From Mytilus edulis (lineage: Eukaryota): a stretch of DNA of 64,000 bases. The position numbers and the translations under genes were made by a program. The stretch lies in contig NC_092353.1 of NCBI RefSeq assembly GCF_963676685.1, forward strand, positions 31,558,001 through 31,622,000, given 5' to 3'. The notes beneath the pieces were generated by a model. It saw only the letters and a program-made list of their open reading frames with translations. It had not been told where the DNA came from and made no database searches. Below are positions 23,301 through 35,700 of this stretch, one piece after another. How positions within the stretch are numbered: position 1 is the stretch's first letter; each line of letters begins with the position of its first letter.

Positions 23301-26300
23301 ATGATGACAGACTAAATACAATTAATGCCAGAATAGACAAAAAACGAATAACAAAAGAACAGTAGCTAAAGATAACATAACATCTAACCAAATGAGATTA
23401 TATAGTTTCTTGATAAATAAAGATAGATTATGCAATAAATGGCAGTGACATAATCAAAATAACAAACAATCAATCAAAGTATGAAATAATAAATACCTGA
23501 ATTCCACCACAGCCTAACTTGTAGGAAAAACGGAAATCGTCATTCACATTTTCTGCTTGTATACATACCTGTGAAAATAGATCAATGCAGAGTAATTCAA
23601 TACTGTTGAGGTTTAATGTTTGATTTGTTAAAAACAAAGCAATTACAATTTTATTTTATATCTAATTTAAACACCCAAAAAATAAACTAGAGTAAGTGAG
23701 TAATTAAGGAAATTAGTGAGTTATTTTTTATTGAAATAAAGACCAGACATTGAACTATCATCAAATACAACATTTACATATGAACAGATACACATGTTTG
23801 CAAAATTGAATGATTGCGAAAGGTTAAAATCCCTTACATTACATGCACATCTTAAATGTTGGGTTTTTTTTCAAACATAAGAGCAATTATATTGAAATTT
23901 GTCTTCCTTTTAAATAATCTTACTAGAAATCTGATGTTTATTAAGCAAAAAAAAAATTAACAAAAAATATTTAATTAAATATGCATTAACATCATGTTAA
24001 ATTTTGAAACAAAAATTCCTATTTTTGGGTGATGGAGTTGACCATTTATTGGCAATAGAAAAATACTTATATTTGGATAAAGCATGTTGTTGGAAACTGA
24101 TGACAGTTTTGTGCAATGATGCTGGATAAATCTTATTGATTCGAAAATGTGCAGTACAAAGTTGTGCATCAGTTTATTGTTTATATAGGAACCTCAATAA
24201 TAATTGACCTATAAGAGTAACTTATTACCAAAAAGGTATATGATAAAAAGATCGAAAGAAATATTTTTAAGAAAAATCTTTTTTTTCAAACACTGAGGAT
24301 ATTTATTAATTTTGTTTTATATAGAAAGCATCAAAGGGTTCTGCCTTGCATTTTCTGAAAAAAATGTAAAATACCATAAAAACCGAACACCTAGGTAAAT
24401 TCAAAACAGAAAGTCATTTGGTAAAATCAAAAGCTCAAACAATTCAAACGAATTGAAACAACTGTCTTACACCAGATTGGATACAGGCATTGTCTAAAGA
24501 AGAAAATGGTGGTTCAAACCTTGTTTTATAAATATAAAAACCTCTCACTTATATGACACTCGCATAGAATTAAATTATATTGACAACAGTGTCTGAGCAA
24601 AACAACCAATAATTATAGGTAAAAGATATCAAACATTTAGGCAAATCAGTCAACATTAAATGTCAACAAAGAAAAAACAAAATGTCATATGACGAATGAC
24701 CGGAATGAAAATATAGCAATACAATAAAAAAAAAATGCAATATTTCATTTAAAAAAAACATAGCAGACGTCGTACGATTGTACAAAATCTTGACCATGCC
24801 ACGTGTCATACTACTTTTCAACAATTAAAATTATAAAGCATGAAATGAGGGTTATGATTTTTCTATTCAGAGAGGCAATCATCATGCAAACAGATTTTGA
24901 GCTCTTTAGTTTTTAGAAATAAAAAAAAAATCCAATATTCTGGAAACGATCAATCATTGGCGTACTGATAATGATACTCTTAACTATAAAGAGTTTGAAA
25001 GTTTTTAAAGAAAAGAAAAAAAACAACATTGTATGCCATTATATATAAGGGCATATACTATCAGATAACGGTTGTGAATGGATTATTAGCAATATATAGA
25101 ATTCGCTGACAGAAGAAAGTCTTTCTGAGAAACTACTTAATTATCTCAGACGAATAAAAGTCTAAGATGGTTAAAGGGGCAATAGCTGTCAAATTCATGT
25201 TCATCGATTTAAATAAATTCTCATATTTTATTTATAACAATGTAAAACATATATCCAAACTGTCAAAAGTCTAAAATAAATAATAAACAGGACACGAGCA
25301 TGAACATACGTATCTTCTTTTCGTGTGTATTTTAGTCCAGACGACACCTAATTAATTTATCCAGTTGACCTGTAAAGTCATGCAATCACCATAAAAGACC
25401 ATGTAAACATACATATAGATATAAATAGATTAAGCAAACTCGTGCTGTTGGATTATTCTAGGTCTATTTAATTTCATATTATAGATGAAAATAAATGGTT
25501 ATCATCGTTTTTACCTTTATAAGAGTGATTTTTTTGTGGATCGAAACATTCAATCAAATGATTTACCTTTGATCCACTTTGAATGTTGACATTCTTTTTT
25601 TTTAAAATAACTTTACACATACAATTCACGTGTTATCCATCTCAAGCTAAGGGGTTAAATTGAATTGTACATGAATACGCATTCAACGAGGTCGAATTAT
25701 TCACTTGCAATAAAGTATTTTCCTACCTGACCTGGCTGGGAACATACTTGTGAAACATTACATAGAGACGGCTTGGCAACATCATCACAGGTGTAGCATT
25801 TTAAACCTACGGTCAAATAAAAAACTCACTCAAAGTCATAGTTTCGTATATTTATTTAATAGATTTTCAGTAAAATTTGCTAACATCACAATACAAAAAA
25901 TATTTCTTGAATATGATATATTATCCGAAATATTATTAGAATTGATGCAAGTTTGATTAGAATGTTCGTGCAATATGTGAAAAACGTGAGTAACATTTTT
26001 TTTAAATTATCATTGTGAACAAATTGTCATAAGGTTTTCTTAAAAATAAGGGTCTGTGTGAGATTTACAAAAATATAGACAAAATGGGCCAGATTAAGAA
26101 AATAGAGGATAAAAAAAAATAAGAATAATAGAGTGCTAGTATGTAAAGAATACAAGGACAATGAGCCAACCTATGAATCAAAAGTGAGAAAAATGACCTA
26201 ACAAAGTACAGAAATTAGAGACCATTCATCCAGACTCTCATTTATATTAGGGTCACTGGTTTCGGTTTTCATCTTTTATTATATTTATTACAAGGTGCCA

Positions 26301-28588
26301 TCGAAAATAAGGCTTAACAAATTGTAGTTTTATGCTAATTTTCAAGTTTTTTTTATTTACTTCCATAATTCCATTTGAATGATTAGTACACTAAAATGTA
26401 TAGTTTTTTAATAAATGCCTCTGTGATGGTTAAGTAGGTTAACAACGATATATGACTCTATGGGGACGACTATAAGAGTTTAGCTTGATATACTGTAAAT
26501 TTATTGCATTATGTGACTTATACAAACTTAGTTCACAGTTGGTTTCAAAAGAATTCCGCTCAAACCTAAGAGTCTGAAACTTGCAACTGAGGTAAGTGTT
26601 GTTTGTTTTTTTATTTCGTAAGATGAAGAACATCAATAAAAGCGTTGTTTCTTGCTTTTTTTCGCTGTACACATTCTGATTTTGTGTCATTGATAAGTAC
26701 CCGATATTCTTCGTAAATACGTCAATTACCACTTTTCGGTGGGGTTCGTGTTGCTTAGTCTTTAGTTTTCTATTTTATATCTTGTGTACTTTTTTGTCTC
26801 TCTGTCTTTTTCTTTATTTAGCCATGGCATTATTAGTTTATTTTCGATATTTGATTTTGACTTTTCTCTGGTATCTTTCGCTTTTTTTTTATACTAGTGA
26901 AACGTATAACGTGAGGGTACCCAATTTACACCTATTTTGAAAGTTTTTTCACCTACGTTTTTTTATGCTCCAGACTAAAGTTTTCATTCTGGGTTTATTT
27001 TGTAGATGTATCCTTATTTACTATACATTTACACCGATTTAATTTTGATTCCATATTGAATCATAGAAGGATGGGCCTGAATTGACCTCCAAACGGTGCA
27101 TTCTTCTGTAATGGGGACTTCTCAAACTGCATTCATGCATAAATCCACATCCTTAAAAGTCATATAACAGATGTTTTGTTCTAAATATTGAGAAGTCCAT
27201 GATAACTTTTCTTTTCTGAAGAAATGGATGCTTGTAATATATTTTATATGCTGATTTTTAAAAGAGGACCCTTTGTGAACGTCGCATGGCGACTTTCCGT
27301 AGATTTTACTTTTACAGTAAATACTTTATCTGTTGAGATATATTTTGAACGTTTTGTTCATATTTAAACATATTTACTTAGGCTGAAATACGTGTATAAT
27401 GTCAAGTCATACCAAAATAAATTGTTAAGTTTCAAATAAAATAATTTGTTCAGTAGGTGCAATTTGAGTAATCGGTGCAATTTGGGAACTGTGATGGTAT
27501 GTATATATTAATGTTTCTATGTGTTTACCTGTAACACTACCAGATAAGGAACAAAACAACAATATTGAGACTGAAAAGAGAAAAAACAAATATTTAGTTT
27601 GATTTCTGTAGAATATTTGCAAATAATGTGTAACCGATATTCTAAGATATCTGCCAACTAAAGTATTCAAATTTCTAATCAAGTTTTGATTACACTTTAA
27701 TCTCTTACTTTACCAAGGTTAAATCTGCCCACTGACAAAGTGCAGTCAGAGTGCATCAGTGCAAGTTCTCCGTACACATTTCCAGTTTTCAAATTTCACA
27801 ACTGTTCTCAAACTGTAAAGGTTAAAACTCAAGCAAAATGGACAGATACTTTTAGCTGTTCTGTTTACTAGTAATTCGTTTTGCTATTTGCTTCCTCATA
27901 ATAGATTTATAAACATTATCCTATGTATTTTTACAAATGTCTGGTCTTGAGTACACCTGCTGATCTTTATTCCAGAAAAAAAATGATATAGCACAATAAA
28001 ATATATGTGTATGTTCAAAAATGGCGTTTGCACTTGGTATTACGCCTTGTTTTGAGGTAACATCCTTTTCCTATTTGATACTGTAAAATTGGGGCAATGT
28101 ATACTTAATAATAAATGGTAATTTCAGACAGAACACAAAAAATTCATTTCCTCATAAAAGATCCAGTTTATAAACAAGATGTTAAGCTCCAAACTGAGAC
28201 TTAAAAGGACGGGTAAATCATGTATGTCGAAAATACAATTAAATACCACTAGATAAGAAAAAAAGGGGAGGTAGATATATTTAGATATGAATTGCTTGTT
28301 ACACACCTTTTAAATAAAAATGTCTCGATCATTACATCAACAAAATGTTGTGAAAAATCAGTAAAGAAGAAGAAAAAAAACAAAAAACAAAAAAAAAACC
28401 CCAGCTATATCAGTTTCACAGTCGCCAAAAAAAAAAAAAAAACTGTATGCAGCAAAAAGTATGCAACTTGGTATCTATGATGAGTTTATTGAATATAACT
28501 CCTAGCATTAACCGTGGATCGTATTTCTTAAAATCTTCTTAAAATACCAGCATTAAACACAACTCTTACCTATTAGACAACGTTCCAT
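5154..28588 (-). CDS. Gene B: paralogue of gene A (signal peptide, LU domain, Thr-rich linker, His-rich CTLD with EPN), 8 coding exons, 273 aa
   Basis: Exons 28588-28570, 27570-27529, 25806-25727, 23568-23497, 21986-21797, 20562-20456, 6319-6226, 5371-5154. All introns are GT-AG, phases match gene A, total 822 nt. Protein: MERCLIVSILLFCSLSGSVTG-LKCYTCDDVAKPSLCNVSQVCSQPGQVCIQAENVNDDFRFSYKLGCGGIQYCHGTKKRNLRHFCCSTDLCN-TYDISSSTIQSTTTVSPTARRTTQTTLTSQQTTTRATAAPPQ-FEHDCRGHGYYLWNHKCYYLTTHETSWYKTRHGHHADPCKEHHMHMAVFSSDAEHVALVKFLRNIYKYHDAVWLGGSYIQGQHEWQWITDSHGHIHRDDSHWHSHSEPNYHQCMALIDDKWRSRPCSTEYKHLCETWSH*. Confidence 0.85.
6226..6319 (-). CDS. Gene B exon 7 (CTLD helix region)
   Basis: tttcag|DPCKEHHMHMAVFSSDAEHVALVKFLRNIYK+T|gtaag; 94 nt, same length as the gene A exon at 34532-34439. 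Confidence 0.88.
6817..7128 (+). mobile_element. Non-autonomous pearl/MgE-like (Helentron-associated) element
   Basis: Starts AACAAGAATGTGTCC, has a core, an (ACGG/ACGA)n microsatellite and a 3' hairpin TGCCCC...GGGGCA. A near-identical copy lies at 36063-36361. Confidence 0.75.
8926..12240 (+). repeat. Left-arm satellite: 19-bp unit TTTCCTTATTCGGTTTCTA in 4 higher-order blocks
   Basis: Header TTTTCGATATTCAAATTTTGAAAAATATTACAAGTCCAAACT at ~8949, 9653, 10553 and 11085, each followed by (CCTCAAATn) runs and then 19-mer arrays. Interrupted by the MITE at 11461-12124. Confidence 0.9.
11461..12124. mobile_element. 664-bp MITE with TTA TSD (PIF/Harbinger, Tourist-like)
   Basis: TTA|GGTAGCACTCCACAGTTA...TAACTGTGGAGTGCTACC|TTA with perfect 18-bp TIRs. 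Removing it restores the satellite unit CCTTATTC, and it is absent from the mirror arm. Confidence 0.9.
13665..15701. mobile_element. ~2-kb non-autonomous TIR element at the palindrome axis, flanked by TTAA
   Basis: TTAA|ACGGCCGTGGGTAACTTAWGTTAC...GTAACTTAAGTTACCCACGGCCGT|TTAA. Subterminal GTCCGTAACTT repeats at ~13868, 13900 and 13922 are mirrored as AAGTTACGGAC at ~15418, 15452 and 15473. No transposase ORF seen. Confidence 0.7.
14530..14930 (-). mobile_element. SINE fragment with Deu/Nin-like conserved domain and (CAAT)n-type tail
   Basis: Minus strand reads GGGACGTTAAATCCGATGCCTCGTGTAAGGAGGGCACGTTAAGAACCC (Deu/Nin-like) and ends TTGCCACTGGACGTTAAGCAACC...ATCAATCAAT. No tRNA head recognised. 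Family assigned from memory of the motif. Confidence 0.6.
17083..20020 (-). repeat. Right-arm satellite (mirror of left arm), 4 higher-order blocks
   Basis: GAATAAGGAAATAGAAACC 19-mers, with reverse-complement headers at ~17640, 18420, 19165 and 19960. Confidence 0.9.
20456..20562 (-). CDS. Gene B exon 6 (CTLD N-terminus)
   Basis: tttcag|(F)EHDCRGHGYYLWNHKCYYLTTHETSWYKTRHGHHA|gtaagt. Confidence 0.87.
21515..21785 (+). repeat. Abundant interspersed repeat (AAAATACTGAACTCCGAGGAAAATTCAAAACGGAAAGTCC family)
   Basis: Copies at ~15080-15350 (-, twice), 24365-24640, 39085-39275, 42400-42490, 45520-45790 (-) and 46860-47095. Confidence 0.75.
21797..21986 (-). CDS. Gene B exon 5 (LU C-terminus CCxxxxCN + Thr-rich linker)
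   Basis: ttccag|YCHGTKKRNLRHFCCSTDLCNTYDISSSTIQSTTT...AAPPQ+T|gtaagt. Confidence 0.88.
22237..22385. repeat. ~150-bp imperfect hairpin, probably the end of a non-autonomous DNA element (Crypton-like)
   Basis: ATTGAATGCTTCTTTTTGTAATTTCAT...AAAAGCGTTGACC...ATGAAGC ccgc GCTTCAT...GGTCAACGCTTTT...ATGAAGTTACGAAAAGAAGCGTTCAAT. Confidence 0.6.
22752..22796 (-). ncRNA. Type I minimal hammerhead ribozyme motif (retrozyme copy ~22752-23160)
   Basis: Minus strand CTGATGA-GTCT ttggt AGAC-GAAA-CGCGCG-TC: intact catalytic core and palindromic stem III; stem I is imperfect. Confidence 0.75.
23497..23568 (-). CDS. Gene B exon 4 (LU middle)
   Basis: ttcacag|VCIQAENVNDDFRFSYKLGCGGIQ|gtattt; 72 nt, as in gene A. 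Confidence 0.87.
25172..25710 (+). mobile_element. Non-autonomous DNA element fragment starting TTAA-AGGGGCA (Kolobok/T2-like)
   Basis: Related diverged copies at ~62447-63017 (+), ~510-1000 (-) and ~41220-41490 (-) share CTAGGTCT.TT, GTGGATCGAAAC and GAATTATTCACTTG motifs. Confidence 0.55.
25727..25806 (-). CDS. Gene B exon 3 (LU N-terminus LKCYTC)
   Basis: ccgtag|(G)LKCYTCDDVAKPSLCNVSQVCSQPGQ|gtagga; 80 nt, as in gene A. Confidence 0.87.
27529..27570 (-). CDS. Gene B exon 2 (signal peptide)
   Basis: Polypyrimidine tract + cag|(V)SILLFCSLSGSVT+G|gtaaac. Confidence 0.8.
28570..28588 (-). CDS. Gene B exon 1 coding part (MERCLI)
   Basis: ATG GAA CGT TGT CTA ATA G|gtaaga; 19 nt, matching gene A's ATG GAA CAT TTT TGT CTA G|gtaaaa. 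Confidence 0.72.
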
Positions 28589-31029
28589 TGTGCACATACA
28601 CATACACTTATGTCATACCAATAATCTTGTAAGTGTAGGCATTGTCCTTGGCACACTGAGATATAAACATGAAATTTTCAATTTGATAAAGATCAATCTT
28701 TGAGTGTCTTTCGATAGTCCTGACCAATGATGTGTGGAGTCATATTTTACGTTTTTGCACTCTTAATATGTTTTGATACAGGAATAATAAAAAATACTGA
28801 GGCCATAACCAATTTTATCTACGAATAAACGATACTGTTATTGTTGATTATCATCTAAATATGTGTTAATAGATTAGATTATAAAAACTTGAATAGAACC
28901 AAAACATCAACAGAGAAGTAACTTTGAATTATCGTTAACAGTAACCCTATTTGTTACAAAGTTTCATAAGTCTAAAACATATTGTATTTAAAAACGTCCG
29001 CAAGACTGTCTTTGGTTAACTTTTCTCGGGAATGTTCAGACCTAAACATTTGAAAGCCCGGGATGTGCAAATACAATGTATGCTGTAATGTTAAAATATA
29101 CATTACTAAAAAGACAGAAACAAAATAGACAAATTTCCTTTAATGTCACATTTTTTCTGAGAGAATAAAACCTTAGTTGCTTGAAAATTACTTAATCTAT
29201 GAACGGGGGATTTGAAAAATGTATATTCTATAAATCATGTCAGAACAAACTACTGACCTGATTATATCCTAAAACCCCACCACCAACGGTATTGACCTAG
29301 TGCTAGTTATGGCTTAAACACATTGACCATATAAGTTTCGTTCGTCCGAAGCATTTTTCATGGACTTCTAACCAAAAGTGTCTGCCGAGGAGTAAATAGA
29401 TACATGAAACATACATACTTATATTCTTTGTTCCCGGATGTGGGGGGTCTTATCAAGTAGTCAAGTTTCAGGACAGTTCCTTATGTCAGTTTAGGTCTTA
29501 CCTCATTAGGACAGGCTTAACTTGAAGCTAACAGATCATATTCAAAGTTTATTTCAAGATTATCAAAAAGAATTTAAATGGAGATGAGTATAAATGCATC
29601 TATCTATATTTGTAAACTGAAAAGAGGTATGGCCATTTTCCCCTAAATTAAGTTTTGATCGGGTTATTTTCGAGTAGTCTTATTATCTTTCCTTAAATTT
29701 ATAGTATCACAGTCCAATTTGAATTCTTTAATGATTGATGTCATTGTGGCTTATTTTCTAAAAATATAACAAGATAATGACCATCTGCAGATGATCAAAA
29801 TTTAAAAAAAGGTTATTATTGTCTGAAAGAGCTGTGTGGATTTTGTGCTACTCCAACGTTTACATTTTGTCTTTCGAAACTATAAATATTTCTATGGAAG
29901 CCGTCAAAGACTATTCCTTATACACAGCACACGGAAATCATATCACGTTTCTGAAAATGCTTATTTAACTAGCGATTTTGTTTTGTTTTTTATTGATTGT
30001 CTTGTCATAAAACATTTCTTTTCATTTTCTTCATGAAGGTGGATTTTAAAACTTTTGGTAAGTGTTCTTGATAAAAGTTATTCCAAATGCATATGTTGTG
30101 AGGATGTAAATCATTGTTATATCCTCTCAGAAATGTGTAAACGCCATAAGGTTTGAGTGGATGGTATCTTCATGCTCTAAATGACCGTTGGAGGTTTATG
30201 ATATCAACTAAACGGTTTTTCTAGACGTTTCATCTTTCTCTGCGTATATAAAAATCTCTTCATAAAATGACAATAACAATTCGACAGATGTTCCTGCATA
30301 TATGTCACAAATTAGAATATTTATTGTCTTTTGAATTGAAATATCATACACGCCAACACAATAATATGTTGTCGATAAAAAAAAAAAAACCAAGCATTTC
30401 GATAATATCTTTTTTAATTCTTTTTGTAATTGATATCAGTATGATTTCTAAAATACAATTGTACATGAAAAAAATCAACTTCGTCGGAATTTTTGTTTTC
30501 TTTTAAATATACTATTCAGCTTCATTTTTGAATTGGCCTTTACACTGCTTTAAACTGTTAAGCCTCAACATTACAGTTCGCAGGAAATCATGTCACTACC
30601 AGGACACATTTAGCTGACCCCGACCTAACCAATCTTTGGTTTTACCATTAAGTTCACGTGCTGAGCAGAGAATCAGCTAGTACCAATGTTCTAGTGTTTG
30701 GTTTGATCAAGTTGATAATTAAACTTACTTCCTTCGAGGCTAGGCACACTACCATGAGACCACTGAGGCGATGTTTTGTTTATAATTCAAGAAAGTCTAA
30801 AAAGATTTATTCCTATTTTATTGAATTTCCCGTTTAGGTGATTGCTACTAAAGGGTATAAAATGAAGACAATTAAACTAACTATAGTGTACAGAGAATTA
30901 CACAGATACCTGTAATCTGAACAAAATAAACTTCCTTGAAAGATGAATAAACTTAGGTGAAATGGAATGGTTAGAAGATCTGTCACCGTTATTGAAAATT
31001 GTTGTGAAAAGTTGAAATAAGATGATATG

Positions 31030-31612
31030 TACTGTGACAAAACTTATAATTTTTCGAAAAGTAAGGATTTTCTTATCCCAGGAATTGATTTCCTTAGCCG
31101 TATTTGGCATAACATTTTGGAATTTTAGGTCCTTAATACTGTTCAATTCTGTACTTATTTGGCTTTACAACTGTTTTGATTTGAGCGTCACTGATGGGTC
31201 TTATGTAGACGAAATGAGCGTCTGGCGTATTAAATTATAATCCTGGTACCTTTGATAACTATTTACACCACTAGGTCGATGCCACTGCTGGTGGATGTTT
31301 CGTACCCGAGGGTACCACTAGCCCAGTAGTCAGCACTTCGGTGCTGACATGAATATCAATTATATGGTCATTTTTTTAAATTTCCTGTGACAAAATTTGA
31401 ATTTTTCGAAGAAGTAAGGATTTTACTATCTGAGGAATAGATTACCTTAGCCGTATTTGGCACAACTTTTTGGAATTTTTGGTACTCAATGCTCTTCAAC
31501 TTTTTACTTTTTTTTTATAACTATTTGATCTGAGCGTCACTGATAAGTCTTATGTAGACGAAACGCGCGTCTGGCGTCTTAAATTATAATCTTGGTACCT
31601 ATGATAACTATT
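31030..31612 (+). mobile_element. Tandem ~350-nt retrozyme-type repeat (about 1.65 units) with two hammerhead motifs (31185-31228, 31534-31577)
   Basis: Direct repeat with period ~350 nt. GCGTCA-CTGATGG-GTCTtatgtAGAC-GAAA-TGAGCG-TC-TGGCGT and GCGTCA-CTGATAA-GTCTtatgtAGAC-GAAA-CGCGCG-TC-TGGCGT, each with one core mutation. Confidence 0.85.
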
Positions 31613-31764
31613 CAGTGACAATGTATTAACGGTGGTAAAAAGATAATAGTAGTTATAGCTTTTTTTTGACATACAGAACTTCTTAGTATAAGTTCTTCGT
31701 AGTCTATATCACTAAATCGTATGATGGGTAATGCAGACAAAGCAACCTTTCTGCACAAATATAT

Positions 31765-32046
31765 ACCTGTCCTAAGTCAGGAATCTGGTGTACAGTAGTT
31801 GTCGTTTGTTTATGTAATTTATACGTGTTTCTTGTTTCTCGTTTTTCTTATATAGATTAGACCTTTGGGTTTCCCGTTTGAATGATTCAACACTAGTAAT
31901 TTGGGGGCCCTTTATAGCTTGTTGTTCGGAATGAGCCAAGGCTCCGTGTTGAAGGCCGTACATTGACCTATAATAGTTTACTTTTATAAATTGTTATTTG
32001 GATGGAGAGTTGTCTGATTGGGCACTCATACCACATCTTCCTATAT
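31765..32046 (-). repeat. Abundant interspersed repeat (AAGATGTGGTATGAGTGCCAATGAGACAACTCTCC family)
   Basis: Similar copies at ~6480-6625, 38240-38510, 39630-41100 (split), 51555-52700 (split) and 58180-58360. Confidence 0.75.
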
Positions 32047-32519
32047 CGACGACTAGTAAATCCTTACAATCTAATATATATTACATATTAGAGATACTTG
32101 ACCTTTTTCCGTGAACTACATGTGTTTGTTTCAGATAAAGTTGACAGCTATAAAAGTATGACATTTTACCATTTTTTTTAGCAAAATTGCGTGTTTAAAT
32201 GTATTTTTTTACAGGTCTGTTTTCTTCTTTAAAAAATTGCTCACACCCTTCGACAAAAATGAATTTGTTATCAAAAGATTTATATAAGAAACCTTACAAC
32301 CTATCAAAAACATTTATATGAATAAACTCATCATAGATACCAGTTGTATATATGTTTCATTTGTGTTTATTTTGTGTCTCATTTGATGTTAACATTTGTT
32401 CGAATCAGTACTAGTGTATCTATCCTTCAATATTTAAAAAAAAAGTAAAACGTCAAAAGGAATGGCACACTTATAACACAAATCAATTACTGATTTGACT
32501 TCATTTTATGAGTACTGTT

Positions 32520-32734
32520 CTACAAAACTTTTTCACACAAGTGAGGGTAATGCTGAGTACAGTCATCACTTCCCCATTTATCTCCGTGCAATCCTAGGCA
32601 TTGGTGTTCCTGTTCCTCCGTACGTGATTCCCAGTGTTTGTTATGAGCACTTATTCCATGATTATTATAAAGCCAATGCCAGCGAGTATTGTTTTCAGGA
32701 TAAAATTTCGCACCTAGCCATACAGTACCCTGGT
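32520..32734 (-). CDS. Gene A exon 8 (CTLD C-terminal half)
   Basis: atcaag|(Y)QGTVWLGAKFYPENNTRWHW...QCLGLHGDKWGSDDCTQHYPHLCEKVL*. Confidence 0.88.
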
Positions 32735-35700
32735 CTTGATGATAAAATAAAATATCATATTTATATCATTAATGCACTATCCTAAAACGTCTTATTAATA
32801 GATGTTCTTTATTATGGTCAATAACAAACTTATTATGGTATGGGTCTTCCTCGTCGTTGAAGGGTGTAAACTGGCATATGACTGCTTACACCAACTACAT
32901 TTATGCTAAGGGAGACAGTTGTACCTTTGGTTATCATACCACATCTACTTTTCCTTTATTTATTGCATGTACGGCCATTCTGGAGCAAGAAGTATGTTTC
33001 TGTTACCATATAATTTTCAACATAATAAAATGCCTGTGTAGAGACAGTAATTTAAGAGTTGTTATCCGTTCGTTTGATGTGATGGAGCTTTTGAACTTGT
33101 AATTTGATGACGGGCTTCCCGTTTTGAATTTTCTTCGGAGTTTGTCTTTTTGGCTATTTCACTTTCTAATTGCAAGAAGAGTTCTGAATATGTCGTGTTA
33201 AGGAAGGAATTGCTAGAACTTCTTTAGAATCTTCTCTTAAATTTTTTTAACAATTAATCTGGAATTTGACCGATTTGGAAATAAAATTTAGTGTAGAAAT
33301 TTTGCCTATTGGTTAAGCTATGGGGTGATTTTTCTTTTAATCGATTAGTTTTAATTTTAAAGGTGCATACCTGTATCTCTTTTCTTTCAAATCTGCATGT
33401 GTAGGTACTTTAATGTTTTGACTTGATAGTTGTGTCATTGTTTTTTTTTCTCTTAGTAGGGAATATAATTATAAAACTACTAATAACATTAACGGTACCA
33501 ATTTTCCTGCACCAATACAATTCACTCAGGTCGATATTATAAATACAAACTCAAATCTCACAATACGAACTAATTAAAAGTTACATGTTTACATGGCAGT
33601 TTGCTTCTATGTACGTTACAATGGCGTTTGTTTTTGGTGCATTCAGTATTTCTGTTGTTCCGTTGTTGTCCTCATATAGTTGATGTGTTACCCTTTGTTT
33701 TAGTTTGTCACCCGGATTTGTTTTCCCTCAATCGATTTATGACTTTATACAGCGGTATACTACTCTTGCCTTTATTTACCCTGTGATGGGATTCTGATAT
33801 CACTCCAGATTGTGTTGAGTTCTTATTTTCAAAGTTTAAGTCGATCTACATACATATATTTCCAACATAAAGCAAGAAAAGAAACATGCATCAGCTCGGA
33901 AAATTTAGAATCAATCCATGTCAACTTATTGTTCGTCTGACATTTATTCATATATACAAGCCATTGTTTGAATTAAATTATGTAATATTTTTGATGTCTC
34001 CAATAAATGCCTACATTTAAAAAGTAAATACTCAACTTATTCCTACAAACAGGGTACAATTTATTACAGACAAAATATAGTCAATATTTTTAAGCATTTA
34101 AAATAAACTTTGAAATTAGAGAAAAAAAATATAAAACAATACAAAAGACGACCTAATACTTTCAAAAATAGTGTTGTGGTGAAATATATAAACATATAAA
34201 AATAACTGAAAATATCTAAATATATTGAAATGCTAACACGTGAGACCCCCAGTAGCTGTGGGAGATCTGTTATATTTATCTAATTTTTCAAATAGTATTT
34301 AACAAATAAAGTCTTGGCACGGTATGAAAATATATACATATTTAGGTTGATTTTCTAGGCACTTTATATATATATGTATATATTTTATATATATATATAC
34401 TCACATACCATCTCAATATAAAGAGTTGCTGCACTTACATTTATAAATAGCTCTAACAAAATGGACGACTGCATCATGTTCTTGATCAGTTTCCAGAGTT
34501 ATCATTTTCATATGCAGTTGAATACAAGGATCCTGAAATCAAACAAAATCATTTACAGAAATATTGCAAAGTTTTTGATTTAACGCATTTTGCAAGTTTT
34601 TAATCTAGCATTATCCTACAATTACCAATTAAATATATTGAGAAAGTTTGAATTAACAGAAACTTTCATGAGCAATTAAAGATATGCGATACGGTCATTA
34701 ATATGTGCTTTAGTACGAAAACACAAACAAGGTCTAAGAAAGTCTTCAAATATGATTTCTGATTCAATAAAGTTTTAGAAAAGTATCCTATCTTTATTAG
34801 TACAGTAACTACTTTGAATATAATTTATTTCCAGTTAAAACGATATACCGGGCATTCATCTATTGGAAGTTTTTATGGGCATTGTCGTCATGACTTAATT
34901 GGCCGTTATGGAGTTACTATGTCTCATATGACCACGGATACATTACACTTATAAAAGTCGCCATCTTCTTCTTTAACGACAGTATGATATCCCCGATTTC
35001 GACGAATCCCTGGAATTAAACTAATTATGAGCAACAGGTGTATTTTATAGAGCACATATCTTAACCACTGTTTTTTTTTTTAAATAAGTTGCTCAATCCT
35101 TAGTTGTCTATTAAAAATTATGAGGGGTACTGTCTATCTGATCGTTATCTTGTTTCAGTCAATGCGTTGATTTTATAATTGTTGTAAAGCCCTTGTCATC
35201 TTTTCTCCTTTTTCATTTCATACTTTGTAAGCATGGATATTTTCACAAGGTCTGTGATTCATTCAACCTTTGTTTGTCCCTGCCTACGATATCCGATTGA
35301 CGGTCTTCCTGCTTCAATATCTTACAATACCGAAACATCTAGTTTACTATCTTTATAACAAAAACTACATTTCTTGTATTTGTTCGCATTTAAGTATGAT
35401 ATACTTACAACGTCATGTCCATGGCTGTCAACTTTCCATTGGCTTGTATAGGACAAAATACAGTACCCATGACCATTCCATCGGTAGTAATGTTTACCAT
35501 TGCAGTCATAATGATGATTGACTAAAAATGAAATTTAAATAAAAGTAAGCTTAACTAGTGGAAAAAAAAGAGATATTTGAAAATGTATTAAATGTCCTTC
35601 ATTAACACACACACAACGGAAAATCTTTCGATATGTTAATTTACTTCGTAAAATACCTGTAACAAGTCAGGAATTTGGCAGTTATTTATTCCGTTAACTT

